This document shows positions 9,956 to 19,615 of a stretch of 64,000 nucleotides of DNA, in pieces. The notes beneath the pieces are model-generated. The model was not told the DNA's origin. It saw only the letters and a program-made list of their open reading frames with translations, and ran no database searches. Location: positions 3,331-67,330 of the forward strand of contig JBIIXU010000009.1 of the NCBI GenBank assembly GCA_044347145.1, given 5' to 3'. The stretch is from Flavobacterium sp. (GTDB lineage Bacteria > Bacteroidota > Bacteroidia > Flavobacteriales > Flavobacteriaceae). The position numbers and the translations under genes were made by a program. Position 1 is the first letter of the stretch. Every line of letters begins with the position of its first letter.

Positions 9956-10894
9956 ATGAAAAGTCCTTTATTTTATTCTAAGATTTTATTGTTTGGCGAG
10001 TATGGTATAATAGAAGATTCTAAAGGTTTATCCATCCCCTATAATTTTTATAATGGCACCTTAAAGACCGATGAAAAAGATTCAGACTTTGCAATAAAAT
10101 CAAATGGCCATTTACAAAAATTTACCAAACACTTAATCGAGTTAAATCAAAATGAGCCAAATTTGGTATCTTTTGATTTTGATAAATTAAATCAGGATTT
10201 AGCACAAGGCATGTATTTTGACTCAAGCATCCCGCAAGGATACGGTGTAGGCAGTAGTGGTGCATTGGTAGCTGCTATTTATGACAAATACGCTTTTGAT
10301 AAAATTACGGTATTAGAAAATCTAACTAGAGAAAAACTGCTTAAATTAAAGGAAATTTTTGGCAAAATGGAATCTTTTTTCCATGGCAAAAGTTCTGGCC
10401 TAGACCCACTAAACAGTTATTTAAGCTTACCTATTTTAATCAATTCCAAAACCAATATAGAGCCTACTGGCATACCCTCCCAAAAGTCAAATGGGCACGG
10501 TGCTGTCTTTTTAATTGATTCCGGCATTATTGGAGAGACTGCGCCTATGGTGAATATTTTTATGGAAAAGTTAAAAGATAAAGGCTTTAGAAAAGTTTTA
10601 AAGGAGGAATTTATTAAATATACAGACCTCTGTGTTGACAATTTTATAAATGGTGATTTACATAATCTTTTTGCAAACACCAAAAGTCTTTCAAAAGTAG
10701 CTTTAAATCATTTCAAACCGATGATTCCTGAATCCTTTCATCAATTGTGGCAAAAAGGTATCGACAGCAATGACTATTATTTAAAACTTTGCGGCTCTGG
10801 TGGTGGTGGCTATATTTTAGGTTTTGCACAGGATTTTGAAAAAGCTAAAACTGCTTTACAAGATCATAAATTAGAGCTAGTCTATAGGTTTTAA
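9956..10894 (+). CDS. GHMP-family kinase, mevalonate / phosphomevalonate kinase-like
   Basis: 312-aa ORF with KILLFGEYGII and GYGVGSSGALVAAIY (GHMP ATP-binding motif). It sits adjacent to mvaD. Confidence 0.72.
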   Translation: MKSPLFYSKILLFGEYGIIEDSKGLSIPYNFYNGTLKTDEKDSDFAIKSNGHLQKFTKHLIELNQNEPNLVSFDFDKLNQDLAQGMYFDSSIPQGYGVGSSGALVAAIYDKYAFDKITVLENLTREKLLKLKEIFGKMESFFHGKSSGLDPLNSYLSLPILINSKTNIEPTGIPSQKSNGHGAVFLIDSGIIGETAPMVNIFMEKLKDKGFRKVLKEEFIKYTDLCVDNFINGDLHNLFANTKSLSKVALNHFKPMIPESFHQLWQKGIDSNDYYLKLCGSGGGGYILGFAQDFEKAKTALQDHKLELVYRF

Positions 10895-10899
10895 TTGGT

Positions 10900-11820
10900 A
10901 TGTCTTGGCTAAGTAGAAGACAAAAATGGTTTATTTATAAACTAATCAGTTTATTTTCTGTCGTCAGAGGATACAACATATTAGTTATTATTATCGCCCA
11001 ATATTTTGCCTCAATTTTTATCTTCAGTGAAGATACTAGAGCGTTAGATGTTGTTTTAGATGCTACACTTTTCTTTATAATTTTTGCCTCCTCTTTAGTT
11101 ATAGCCTCTGGCTATATTATCAACAATTTTTACGATGCAGAAAAAGACTTAATCAACAAACCTTTTAAATCTAAACTTGACAGAATCGTTTCTCAAGAAA
11201 CCAAATTAAGGGTTTATTTTGTGCTAAATTTTTTGGTTTTCATTCTCGCTTTTTTGGTTTCATGGCGTGCCATTATTTTTTTTAGCAGCTATATTTTTTT
11301 GGTTTGGTTTTATTCGCATAAATTAAAAAAGATTGTTTTTCTAGGTAATATCATGGTCTCATTTTTAACAATCTTACCTTTCTTCGCTATTTTTCTTTAT
11401 TATAAAAATTTTCATCATGTGATATTTATGCATGCGGCCTATTTGTTTATACTGATCCTTATTAAGGAACTCATTAAAGATTTGGAAAGTATAAAAGGAG
11501 ACCTTAGCAATGGCTATAAAACATCACCTATTGTTTATGGCGAACGCATAACTAAAAATATAGTTTTAGGCTTAATCGTGTTTTCAGTAGTACCAGTCTA
11601 CTTTTTAGTCAATGACTATGACATAGGCTATATGGATTTGTACTTTTATTTAAGCCTTCTAGGATTGATCTTCTTTGGTATAAAAATTAACCAATCAACA
11701 ACTTTGCAACACTACAATCTGTTGCATAACGTGATAAAATGGATTATCTTAGTTGGTGTGTTTTGCATCGTTTTAATAGACCCAAAGGTTGTTTTACATA
11801 GTAAACATCTAATCTATTAA
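10900..11820 (+). CDS. UbiA-family aromatic/isoprenoid prenyltransferase (DGGGP-synthase-like)
   Basis: 306-aa polytopic membrane ORF with the UbiA motif NNFYDAEKDLINKP and a second Asp-rich region, KDLESIKGD. Confidence 0.82.
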   Translation: MSWLSRRQKWFIYKLISLFSVVRGYNILVIIIAQYFASIFIFSEDTRALDVVLDATLFFIIFASSLVIASGYIINNFYDAEKDLINKPFKSKLDRIVSQETKLRVYFVLNFLVFILAFLVSWRAIIFFSSYIFLVWFYSHKLKKIVFLGNIMVSFLTILPFFAIFLYYKNFHHVIFMHAAYLFILILIKELIKDLESIKGDLSNGYKTSPIVYGERITKNIVLGLIVFSVVPVYFLVNDYDIGYMDLYFYLSLLGLIFFGIKINQSTTLQHYNLLHNVIKWIILVGVFCIVLIDPKVVLHSKHLIY

Positions 11821-11982
11821 TGGCAAATAGCCTATTAAAATAATATAAAAATCAAAAACTAATTTATTAGAAAAATAAATGCCAAATTATGGCATAGCCA
11901 CCTTACTACGGGCTAATTTCGCTGAGAAAATTTAGCAAAAAACAAGGAGATTGGCTTATTCGATAGGCGTGTTTGCTATAAC

Positions 11983-12759
11983 TTAATCGATATAATAGAT
12001 ATAACCGAAGTTTAACCAAACCAACCAATCATTAGCTTTATTCTCATTATAAAATCTGGGGTCGGGTCTTAGACCGTCAACCCAATCAGAGAAATAGTAT
12101 TGCCATCTAAGATCTAATAGTAAGTCAGACATGGTCGTTAGTTTATAACGCGTCCCCAAACTGCCAACTACTGACCAAACATTACCTGCTTGATTAGTGA
12201 AAGCATTTTGATATTTTACCCAAGTTGTTTCAGGTAAACCAATTGGCCCTAAAAGCGAAGAGGCTTGAGGCGAATATCGTGTATATTGAAATCCTAAACT
12301 TGCAAATGGACCAAACCTTCCGATGGTTTCTTCAAATTCTCTAATACTTAAAGGATAAAATTCTAATTGCATACCCAAGTTTAAATTTGAAGCTGTACCT
12401 CTCATGGCTGCTAATTGACGACCTGCCACATTATCTTTTTCCGCCCAACGGCCAAAATGCTGCAGATTAGTTCGGTTATATGAAATTTCTGATCGAAGTT
12501 TAAAATGATCGTTAAAAAAAGTTTTTTCTCTATAACAATTACAGCCAGCATCATAGGAAAAATTGATATAATGAATAATCCCTGCACCAAATCCTGTATT
12601 GCCAAAGTTTGTTTCTATATCGCCCCTAATACCATAGTCTGACATAAACATAACTGGGCCTGCTATAACACCTATTTCATGACCAAATCCAAGTTGTGCA
12701 TTGGTTTTATTTACACTAAACAAAAAACAAATAATTGACAATAAAAACAATTTGTTCAT
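11983..12759 (-). CDS. Outer-membrane beta-barrel protein (porin-like), function unknown
   Basis: The ORF has signal peptide MNKLFLLSIICFLFSVNKTNAQ (ATG at 12759, downstream of the track start). It shows an alternating aromatic/Gly beta-strand pattern and ends ...WLNFGYIYYID. Confidence 0.6.
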   Translation of the reverse strand: MNKLFLLSIICFLFSVNKTNAQLGFGHEIGVIAGPVMFMSDYGIRGDIETNFGNTGFGAGIIHYINFSYDAGCNCYREKTFFNDHFKLRSEISYNRTNLQHFGRWAEKDNVAGRQLAAMRGTASNLNLGMQLEFYPLSIREFEETIGRFGPFASLGFQYTRYSPQASSLLGPIGLPETTWVKYQNAFTNQAGNVWSVVGSLGTRYKLTTMSDLLLDLRWQYYFSDWVDGLRPDPRFYNENKANDWLVWLNFGYIYYID

Positions 12760-12835
12760 AATAGGTTGTAGTTTATTATAATTTGACAAATATATAAAAG
12801 AAAACTTCAATACAAAATGAATTTAATTTAAATAA

Positions 12836-15442
12836 CTATTTTTTAATTAACATCCTTTTTATTTCGTTCAATTTCATAAGGGCCTCTATAGGCGTCAAGA
12901 CATTTATATCTAAACTCATGATTTCGTTTTTTATCTCTTCAAGCAGGGGGTCATCTAACTGAAAAAAACTCAATTGTAAGTCTTTGGTTTCATTTTTCGC
13001 CTGGTTAATTGCATCTTTAGTAGTAATACCCTTGCCGTTTTTTTCTAGCAAAGCCAACATTTTTTGTGCATTTTTTATAACTAATTGTGGCATCCCGGCC
13101 ATTTTTGCTACATGGATACCAAAACTATGCTCACTACCACCAGGCACTAGTTTTCTTAAAAACAAAACGTTATCTTTTAATTCTTTGACCGATACATTAA
13201 AATTTTTAATTCTTTCAAATGATTGATACATTTCATTCAATTCATGATAATGCGTCGCGAATAAAGTTTTAGGTTTGCTGGGATGATCATGAATATAACT
13301 GGCAATTGACCAAGCAATGGAGATGCCATCATAAGTGCTGGTGCCCCGACCTATTTCGTCAAGTATAATTAAACTTCTTTCTGTTAAATTATTTAATATG
13401 GACGCAGTTTCATTCATTTCAACCATAAAAGTTGATTCACCCATAGAAATATTATCACTTGCGCCTACTCTAGTGAAAATTTTATCTACAACACCAATTT
13501 TTGCATGCTTGGCCGGCACATAGCTACCCATTTGCGCCATTAATACAATCAAGGCAGTCTGTCTCAATAAGGCCGACTTACCAGACATGTTTGGTCCTGT
13601 AATCATGATCATTTGCTGACTGTCATTGTTTAAAAATAAGTCATTGGCAATAAAAGGCTTATCTTTTGGCAATTGCTTTTCAATCACAGGATGACGACCA
13701 TCTTGAATGTCTAAAACTTTATCATCAACCAATTCTGGCCGGCAATAATTGTTTTCTATAGCGATTTTAGCAAATGAAACCAAACAGTCTAATTGGGCAA
13801 CTAATTTTGCATTTACCTGAACTTGTGTGATATATGAAGCTATCCAGGTAATCAACTGCGCAAATATTTCAGCTTCTAGCTGCGCAATTTTTTCTTCTGC
13901 ACCAAGAATTTTTTCTTCATATATTTTTAGTTCTTCCGTAATATAGCGTTCGGCATTAACTAAGGTTTGCTTTCGAGTCCAATTCAAAGGCACTTTATCT
14001 TTATGCGTATTCCTCACTTCAATATAATATCCAAAAACATTATTGAAGGCTACTTTGAGCGAAGGTATGCCCGAAGCTTCACTTTCTCTGCGTTCGAGTG
14101 CTGCTAAATATTCTTTTCCTGAAAAGGATATATTTCGCAAATCGTCTAGTTCTGAATTAATCCCTGTAGCAATCGCATGACCTTTTTGAATAGCCACTGG
14201 TGCATCTTCATTAAGGGTGGTTTTAATTTTCTCGCGCAATAAATCGCAACTATGCAATTGATCACCAATGGCTTTTAAAGCATCATTACTACTTTTCAAA
14301 GCCGCTGCCTTTAAGGGAATGATAGCTTCCAAAGACTGCCATAAAAAAATAAGTTCCCGTGGTGAAATCTTATAAGCAGCCACTTTAGAAATCAATCTTT
14401 CTATATCTGAAATTTTCTTTATTTGCCGCTCAAAAAGGGATAAATCGTCTGTGTTATTTAGTAAATGATGCACCACATCCTGACGACTTTTGATTTGATG
14501 AATGTCTTTAAGTGGCAAAGCAAGCCAACGCTTCAATAAACGAGAACCCATGGGGGAAGACGTCTGATCCAACACGCTCAAAAGCGTTACGGCATGGTCT
14601 TCCGAGCCGCGATAAAGTTCTAGATTTCTAATCGTGAAGCGATCCATCCAAACATAGGCATCTTCCATGATGCGTTGAATGGTTGAAATATGCTGAATTT
14701 TGTTATGTTGTGTTTCTGACAAATAATAAAGAATAGCACCTGCCGCAATCACGCCATCGGTCAATTCTTCTATGCCAAATCCTTTCAAAGTCGTTGTTTG
14801 AAAGTGCGTGGTAAGTTTTTCAAAGGCAAAATCTTGTTTATAGACCCATTCTTCTATAAAAAATGCATGAAAATGGTTGCCAAAATGATCTGCAAAGTCT
14901 TTTTTAAATGGTCGTGGAATGAGAATTTCACTAGGTTGAAAATTTTGCAACAACTTATCTACATAGTCCATGGAGCCTTGAGACACTAAAAACTCACCAG
15001 TAGACACATCTAAAAACGAAACGCCAAGACTATTTTTGTTAAAATATAAGGAAGCTAAAAAATTATTTGACTTTTGTTGTAAAACTTCATCATTCATGGC
15101 CACGCCCGGCGTAACTAATTCGGTTACCCCGCGTTTGACGATTGTTTTGGTCATTTTTGGGTCTTCCAATTGATCACAAATAGCAACCCGTAAACCCGCT
15201 TTGACCAACTTTGGCAAATAGGTATTTATAGAATGATGTGGAAAGCCTGCCAAAGCTGTTTCAGTTTCGGAACCAGCACCTCTTTTGGTTAAGACAATGC
15301 CCAAAATTTTTGAGGCTCTGATAGCATCTTCGCCAAAAGTTTCATAGAAATCACCCACTCTAAAAAGCAAACAAGCGTCTGGATACTTGCTCTTGATGCT
15401 GTTGTATTGCTTCATTAAAGGGGTTTCCTTGGCTGTGGTCAC
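12836..15442 (-). CDS. mutS: DNA mismatch repair protein MutS
   Basis: 868-aa ORF. It has the N-terminal TPLMKQY...FYETFGEDA mismatch-binding motif, the Walker A motif GPNMSGKS, and DEIGRGTSTYDG. Confidence 0.97.
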   Translation of the reverse strand: MTTAKETPLMKQYNSIKSKYPDACLLFRVGDFYETFGEDAIRASKILGIVLTKRGAGSETETALAGFPHHSINTYLPKLVKAGLRVAICDQLEDPKMTKTIVKRGVTELVTPGVAMNDEVLQQKSNNFLASLYFNKNSLGVSFLDVSTGEFLVSQGSMDYVDKLLQNFQPSEILIPRPFKKDFADHFGNHFHAFFIEEWVYKQDFAFEKLTTHFQTTTLKGFGIEELTDGVIAAGAILYYLSETQHNKIQHISTIQRIMEDAYVWMDRFTIRNLELYRGSEDHAVTLLSVLDQTSSPMGSRLLKRWLALPLKDIHQIKSRQDVVHHLLNNTDDLSLFERQIKKISDIERLISKVAAYKISPRELIFLWQSLEAIIPLKAAALKSSNDALKAIGDQLHSCDLLREKIKTTLNEDAPVAIQKGHAIATGINSELDDLRNISFSGKEYLAALERRESEASGIPSLKVAFNNVFGYYIEVRNTHKDKVPLNWTRKQTLVNAERYITEELKIYEEKILGAEEKIAQLEAEIFAQLITWIASYITQVQVNAKLVAQLDCLVSFAKIAIENNYCRPELVDDKVLDIQDGRHPVIEKQLPKDKPFIANDLFLNNDSQQMIMITGPNMSGKSALLRQTALIVLMAQMGSYVPAKHAKIGVVDKIFTRVGASDNISMGESTFMVEMNETASILNNLTERSLIILDEIGRGTSTYDGISIAWSIASYIHDHPSKPKTLFATHYHELNEMYQSFERIKNFNVSVKELKDNVLFLRKLVPGGSEHSFGIHVAKMAGMPQLVIKNAQKMLALLEKNGKGITTKDAINQAKNETKDLQLSFFQLDDPLLEEIKNEIMSLDINVLTPIEALMKLNEIKRMLIKK

Positions 15443-15558
15443 GACTTAAAAACGATTAAAAATAAATGCCAAATATAGTTATTTTTTTGCGGGTGAACCT
15501 AGTTTAAAGATACACTTTTCTACATTTTATGCTTATAGAAACTGGGCCTGGCTTTTCG

Positions 15559-15576
15559 TCCCGAAAGCTTTCGGGA
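15559..15576. repeat. Perfect 18-bp palindrome TCCCGAAAGCTTTCGGGA inside a GC-rich intergenic element
   Basis: Read directly from the sequence. The context is gcctggcttttcgTCCCGAAAGCTTTCGGGAtccgc, between the mutS start and the stop of the J-domain gene. Near-identical 18-mers occur at 58418-58435 and 61736-61753. Confidence 0.7.
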
Positions 15577-15607
15577 TCCGCAAGAAAAAAAAGAAACTAC
15601 TGATTTT

Positions 15608-16060
15608 TTATTCCGCTGCTACTAATTTTGAGGCACTTCTGTATAAAAATTCATTGTAAACATGACGTCTCGCAAAACGACTTGGAGATTCTGAATTCAC
15701 CATTTTGATGTAGGTTACCTTTGGCACACTAAAATACTCAAAGTTGCTACCATCTAAAAAAGTGATATACAAAACACCATCTTCCATATAAAAATCATGA
15801 ATATTGACCGTTGTGGTGGTTTTTAGATAAACTTCTCTATTTTTATCTTGCGTTTCAGGGGCAATACTCACCAAAAAATGATAGGCTTCAATAATAGCTT
15901 TGCTCCTTTCTTCTGCTACTTGACGTTCTATAGGATCAGCAATAGTATCAGGATGATCTTCCTTCATGCTATTTCTATAAATAGTTTTCAGCTCTTTTAA
16001 GGTCGCGTTTTTAGTCACATTGAGCAACTTTCTGTACTCGGCTATTTTCTTTGGATTCAT
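15608..16060 (-). CDS. J-domain protein with a KTSC-like C-terminal domain
   Basis: 150-aa ORF. It has the J-domain HPD motif (MKEDHPD) and a C-terminal VLYITFLDGSNFEYFSVP region that resembles a KTSC domain. Confidence 0.72.
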   Translation of the reverse strand: MNPKKIAEYRKLLNVTKNATLKELKTIYRNSMKEDHPDTIADPIERQVAEERSKAIIEAYHFLVSIAPETQDKNREVYLKTTTTVNIHDFYMEDGVLYITFLDGSNFEYFSVPKVTYIKMVNSESPSRFARRHVYNEFLYRSASKLVAAE

Positions 16061-16404
16061 ATTTATGGTAAAAAAGTTGCAAAAGTAGTTGTTTTTATCT
16101 GATTTTCAATGGGCAATCCATTCTTTTTTTGCGTTGCAATCCCGCTTTGTGATGCCTTAGTGTTAAAAACTTTGTGTAACTCTGTGTAATAGCTATAACA
16201 CAAAGTTGCACAAAGAAAAACACAAAACACTCAAAGTCCTCCTAGTGAAAACGATTTCGTCAATTATTTATTGACAAATTGCTTAATAATGACCTAAAAA
16301 TATTTCGCGTTAACAATAGATTTATTAAATTTGCGTCTTGTATTGTCAAAATATGAAAATACGAGCAACAATTTATACAATAACATCTAAAAGATTCATC
16401 ATTT

Positions 16405-17403
16405 ATGAGGCCAATTACTAAGGAAGTTTATTTAAAGTGGTATGAAGACATGCTGTTTTGGCGAAAGTTTGAAGACAAATTAGCAGCCCTTTACATTCAA
16501 CAAAAAGTTAGAGGTTTTTTACATTTATATAACGGTCAGGAAGCGGTTTTGGCTGGTGCTTTGCATGCTATGGATTTGTCAAAAGACAAAATGATTACAG
16601 CCTACAGAAACCACGTACAACCCATTGGTATGGGTGTTGACCCCAAGCGTGTCATGGCTGAACTTTTAGGTAAAGCGACTGGAACATCTAAAGGTTTAGG
16701 TGGTTCTATGCACATCTTTTCTAAAGAACACGGTTTTTATGGTGGCCACGGTATAGTTGGTGCGCAAATTCCTGTTGGTGCTGGTATGGCCTTTGCCGAT
16801 AAATATTTAGAAACTGGTGGCGTATCATTAACCTATTTTGGTGATGGTGCAGCACGTCAAGGGTCTCTGCATGAAGCCTTTAATATGGCCATGCTGTGGA
16901 AATTGCCTGTTGTTTTTATTTGTGAAAACAATGGTTATGCCATGGGAACCTCAGTTGAAAGAACAGCCAACCACACAGATATTTGGAAACTAGGTTTAGG
17001 TTATGAAATGCCTTGCGGCCCTGTTGATGGTATGAATCCTGTAAAAGTAGCTGAAGCGATGCATGAAGCTATGGAACGTGCAAGAAGAGGTGACGGGCCA
17101 ACTTTCTTAGAAATGAAAACTTATCGCTACAGAGGTCATTCAATGTCTGATGCACAACATTATAGAACAAAAGAAGAAGTTGAAGAATATAGAAAAATTG
17201 ACCCTATTACACAAGTTTTAGACATCATTATTGAAAAAGGCTATGCCACAGAAGCTGAAATTGAAGTGATAGATCAACGTGTAAAAGATTTGGTAGATGA
17301 CTGTGAAAAATTTGCAGAAGAATCACCTTATCCAGACACGAATGTGATGTATGACGTGGTTTATTCACAAGAAAATTATCCATTTATCCCTCATAAATTA
17401 TAA
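16405..17403 (+). CDS. pdhA: Pyruvate dehydrogenase E1 component, alpha subunit
   Basis: 332-aa ORF with the ThDP-binding motif GDGAARQG...NNGYAMGT and YRYRGHSMSD. Confidence 0.93.
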   Translation: MRPITKEVYLKWYEDMLFWRKFEDKLAALYIQQKVRGFLHLYNGQEAVLAGALHAMDLSKDKMITAYRNHVQPIGMGVDPKRVMAELLGKATGTSKGLGGSMHIFSKEHGFYGGHGIVGAQIPVGAGMAFADKYLETGGVSLTYFGDGAARQGSLHEAFNMAMLWKLPVVFICENNGYAMGTSVERTANHTDIWKLGLGYEMPCGPVDGMNPVKVAEAMHEAMERARRGDGPTFLEMKTYRYRGHSMSDAQHYRTKEEVEEYRKIDPITQVLDIIIEKGYATEAEIEVIDQRVKDLVDDCEKFAEESPYPDTNVMYDVVYSQENYPFIPHKL

Positions 17404-17409
17404 AACATT

Positions 17410-19062
17410 ATGGCAAAATTAATAACAATGCCTCGTTTGAGTGACACCATGACCGAAGGTGCGGTAGCCAAGTGGTTAAAAAATGTGGGCGATCAAATTA
17501 ATGAAGGAGATATTATCGCCGAGATTGAAACTGATAAAGCGACGATGGAATTTGAAGCTTTTGAATCTGGTATTTTACTTTATCAAGGCATAAAAGAAGG
17601 TGAAACTGCGCCTATCGATTCGCCATTGGCTATTTTAGGGAAAGCAGGAGAAGATTTTTCTCATTTGCTTAGTAGCCCCCCAGCCCCAAGCCTCCCCAAC
17701 CCCTCCATAGAAGGGGCTTTACAAGAGGGAGTTGAAAAAACTACTGAAAAAGCAATTGCCGTAGAACATTCTACACCAGCCGCTATTCCAGCAGGAGTTA
17801 CCGTTGTAACCATGCCGCGTTTAAGTGATACAATGACTGACGGTACGGTAGCGACTTGGTTAAAAAAAGTAGGCGATCAAGTCAATGAAGGCGATATATT
17901 AGCTGAAATTGAAACAGACAAAGCCACCATGGAATTTGAATCTTTTAATAAAGGTACACTTTTATACATAGGCGTTCAAGAAGGTCAAACGGCGCCTGTG
18001 GACAGTATTTTAGCTGTTTTAGGTCCGGCTGGCACCAATGTTGATGCCGTCGTAGCAGGTTTTGGTGCTGCACCAGTGGCTGTTGCGTCAAACACAGAAG
18101 CGCCAGCAACTGCAGTGGCTCAGGAAGCAACCGTAATTGCGCAACCAGCGACTTCAAATGCAAGAATTTTTGCTTCGCCTTTAGCTAAAAAATTGGCTAG
18201 CGACAAGAATATTGACCTAGCAAGCATCAATGGGAGTGGCGAAAATGGCCGAATTACTAAAAAGGATGTTGAAAATTATCAACCTACTGCTACGCCAGTA
18301 ACCACAGCTAGTCCTGTTCATGCGGTCAGCGCACCAACAACTACTGCTGTTGCTGAACCAATTTTTATTGCACAAGGCGAAACACAAACTGAGCAAGTGG
18401 CCAATTCTCAAATGAGAAAGACCATTGCTAAACGTTTGGCGGAATCAAAATTCACGGCGCCACATTACTACTTAACGGTAGAATTAGATATGGATGAAGC
18501 CATCAAGGAGCGTGAAATTATCAACTCATTGCCCGATATGAAGGTATCTTTCAATGACATGGTGCTAAAAGCCTGTGCGATGGCATTGAAAAAACATCCA
18601 AAAGTAAACTCACAATGGACAGAACAAGCCACTTTGTTGCATCATCATGTGCATTTAGGTGTGGCCGTAGCTGTTGAAGATGGTTTAGTTGTGCCCGTGG
18701 TGAAACACGCCAATCAATTGACTTTATCTCAGATAGGTGCCCAAGTAAAAGATATGGCTGTAAGAGCTAAAGCGAAGAAAATTCAACCGCAAGAAATGGA
18801 AGGCAGTACGTTTACTGTTTCAAATTTAGGCATGTTTGGTATAAGTGAATTTACTTCTATCATTAATCAACCTAATTCTGCTATTCTTTCTGTTGGTGCT
18901 ATTGTGCAAAAACCTGTGGTAAAAAACAACCAAATTGTAGTTGGCAATACCATGACCATAACGCTAGCTTGTGACCACCGCACAGTTGATGGCGCAACAG
19001 GCGCACAGTTTTTACAAACTTTAAGACATTATATAGAAAAACCAGTGAGCATGATTGCTTAA
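17410..19062 (+). CDS. Dihydrolipoamide acetyltransferase (E2) with two lipoyl domains
   Basis: 550-aa ORF. It has two lipoyl domains (IETDKATMEFE twice), a peripheral subunit-binding domain (ASPLAKKLA) and a catalytic DHRTVDG motif. Confidence 0.93.
   Translation: MAKLITMPRLSDTMTEGAVAKWLKNVGDQINEGDIIAEIETDKATMEFEAFESGILLYQGIKEGETAPIDSPLAILGKAGEDFSHLLSSPPAPSLPNPSIEGALQEGVEKTTEKAIAVEHSTPAAIPAGVTVVTMPRLSDTMTDGTVATWLKKVGDQVNEGDILAEIETDKATMEFESFNKGTLLYIGVQEGQTAPVDSILAVLGPAGTNVDAVVAGFGAAPVAVASNTEAPATAVAQEATVIAQPATSNARIFASPLAKKLASDKNIDLASINGSGENGRITKKDVENYQPTATPVTTASPVHAVSAPTTTAVAEPIFIAQGETQTEQVANSQMRKTIAKRLAESKFTAPHYYLTVELDMDEAIKEREIINSLPDMKVSFNDMVLKACAMALKKHPKVNSQWTEQATLLHHHVHLGVAVAVEDGLVVPVVKHANQLTLSQIGAQVKDMAVRAKAKKIQPQEMEGSTFTVSNLGMFGISEFTSIINQPNSAILSVGAIVQKPVVKNNQIVVGNTMTITLACDHRTVDGATGAQFLQTLRHYIEKPVSMIA
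17674..17716 (+). repeat. Two tandem C-tract units in frame in the E2 inter-lipoyl linker
   Basis: The sequence is agccccccagccccaag followed by cctccccaacccctccatagaagggg, and it encodes SPPAPSLPNPSIEG. The unit architecture (C-tract, AA, C-tract, 3-nt loop, G-tract) matches that at 49505-49609. Confidence 0.5.
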
Positions 19063-19087
19063 GCGTTTTTTTGAATGAAAAATAAAG

Positions 19088-19110
19088 ACCACCTTTTGGG
19101 TGGTTTTTTT
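19088..19110 (+). terminator. Rho-independent terminator after the E2 gene
   Basis: Stem ACCACC/GGTGGT with a 5-nt loop, followed by a T run. Confidence 0.7.
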
Positions 19111-19154
19111 GTATTTATGCGTGAGGTCGGGAGACCATTGCAGAGCAGGAAATT

Positions 19155-19529
19155 TTACCTTTCTTTCAGGAAACTGCTAGACGAATTTCCATCTGGACTT
19201 AAATCTAAATACAATCCATTAATAAATATGATACCATTGCCAAATTCGTCGAAATTTTCACCATATTCATTAAAATTCTTCCATTCGCTTAATTCTATTT
19301 TACAATATCCATCTGTGCTTTTTTCCCATGTCCCTTGGCTTATAAGCACTATATTATTTTTTTTGTAGTAATGAAGAAACGTTCCGTCTTTTTTTATTTG
19401 TATAAAATTTGTAGAGTTTGGCATATTACTACAAATATATTTCCCTACTATATTAGCATTACAATTGCGTAAATCTAAACAGCTATTTAAGAACAATAAC
19501 AAAAATAAACCTAATATATATTTCATCAA
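19155..19529 (-). CDS. Hypothetical lipoprotein
   Basis: 124-aa ORF with a lipobox-like N-terminus (LLLFLNSC). No family recognised. Confidence 0.5.
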   Translation of the reverse strand: MMKYILGLFLLLFLNSCLDLRNCNANIVGKYICSNMPNSTNFIQIKKDGTFLHYYKKNNIVLISQGTWEKSTDGYCKIELSEWKNFNEYGENFDEFGNGIIFINGLYLDLSPDGNSSSSFLKER

Positions 19530-19615
19530 TTTTTTTAATAATTCGCTTAAAGGACTTATGTCTTTTTATGTTCCGAACTCTGACAAGCAAAGCAATAATA
19601 CTTAGTTGAGACAAA

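Noticed and set aside
17410-18000. An internal ~110-aa duplication within the E2 gene (MPRLSDTMT.G.VA.WLK.VGDQ.NEGDI.AEIETDKATMEFE occurs twice).
   Set aside because: This is the normal tandem lipoyl-domain architecture of E2 acetyltransferases and not a recent duplication or assembly artefact.
19075-19368. A 97-aa + strand ORF lies downstream of the E2 gene.
   Set aside because: It starts inside the E2 terminator hairpin and overlaps the minus-strand lipoprotein ORF (19155-19529), which has a proper lipobox. Its translation is low-complexity.
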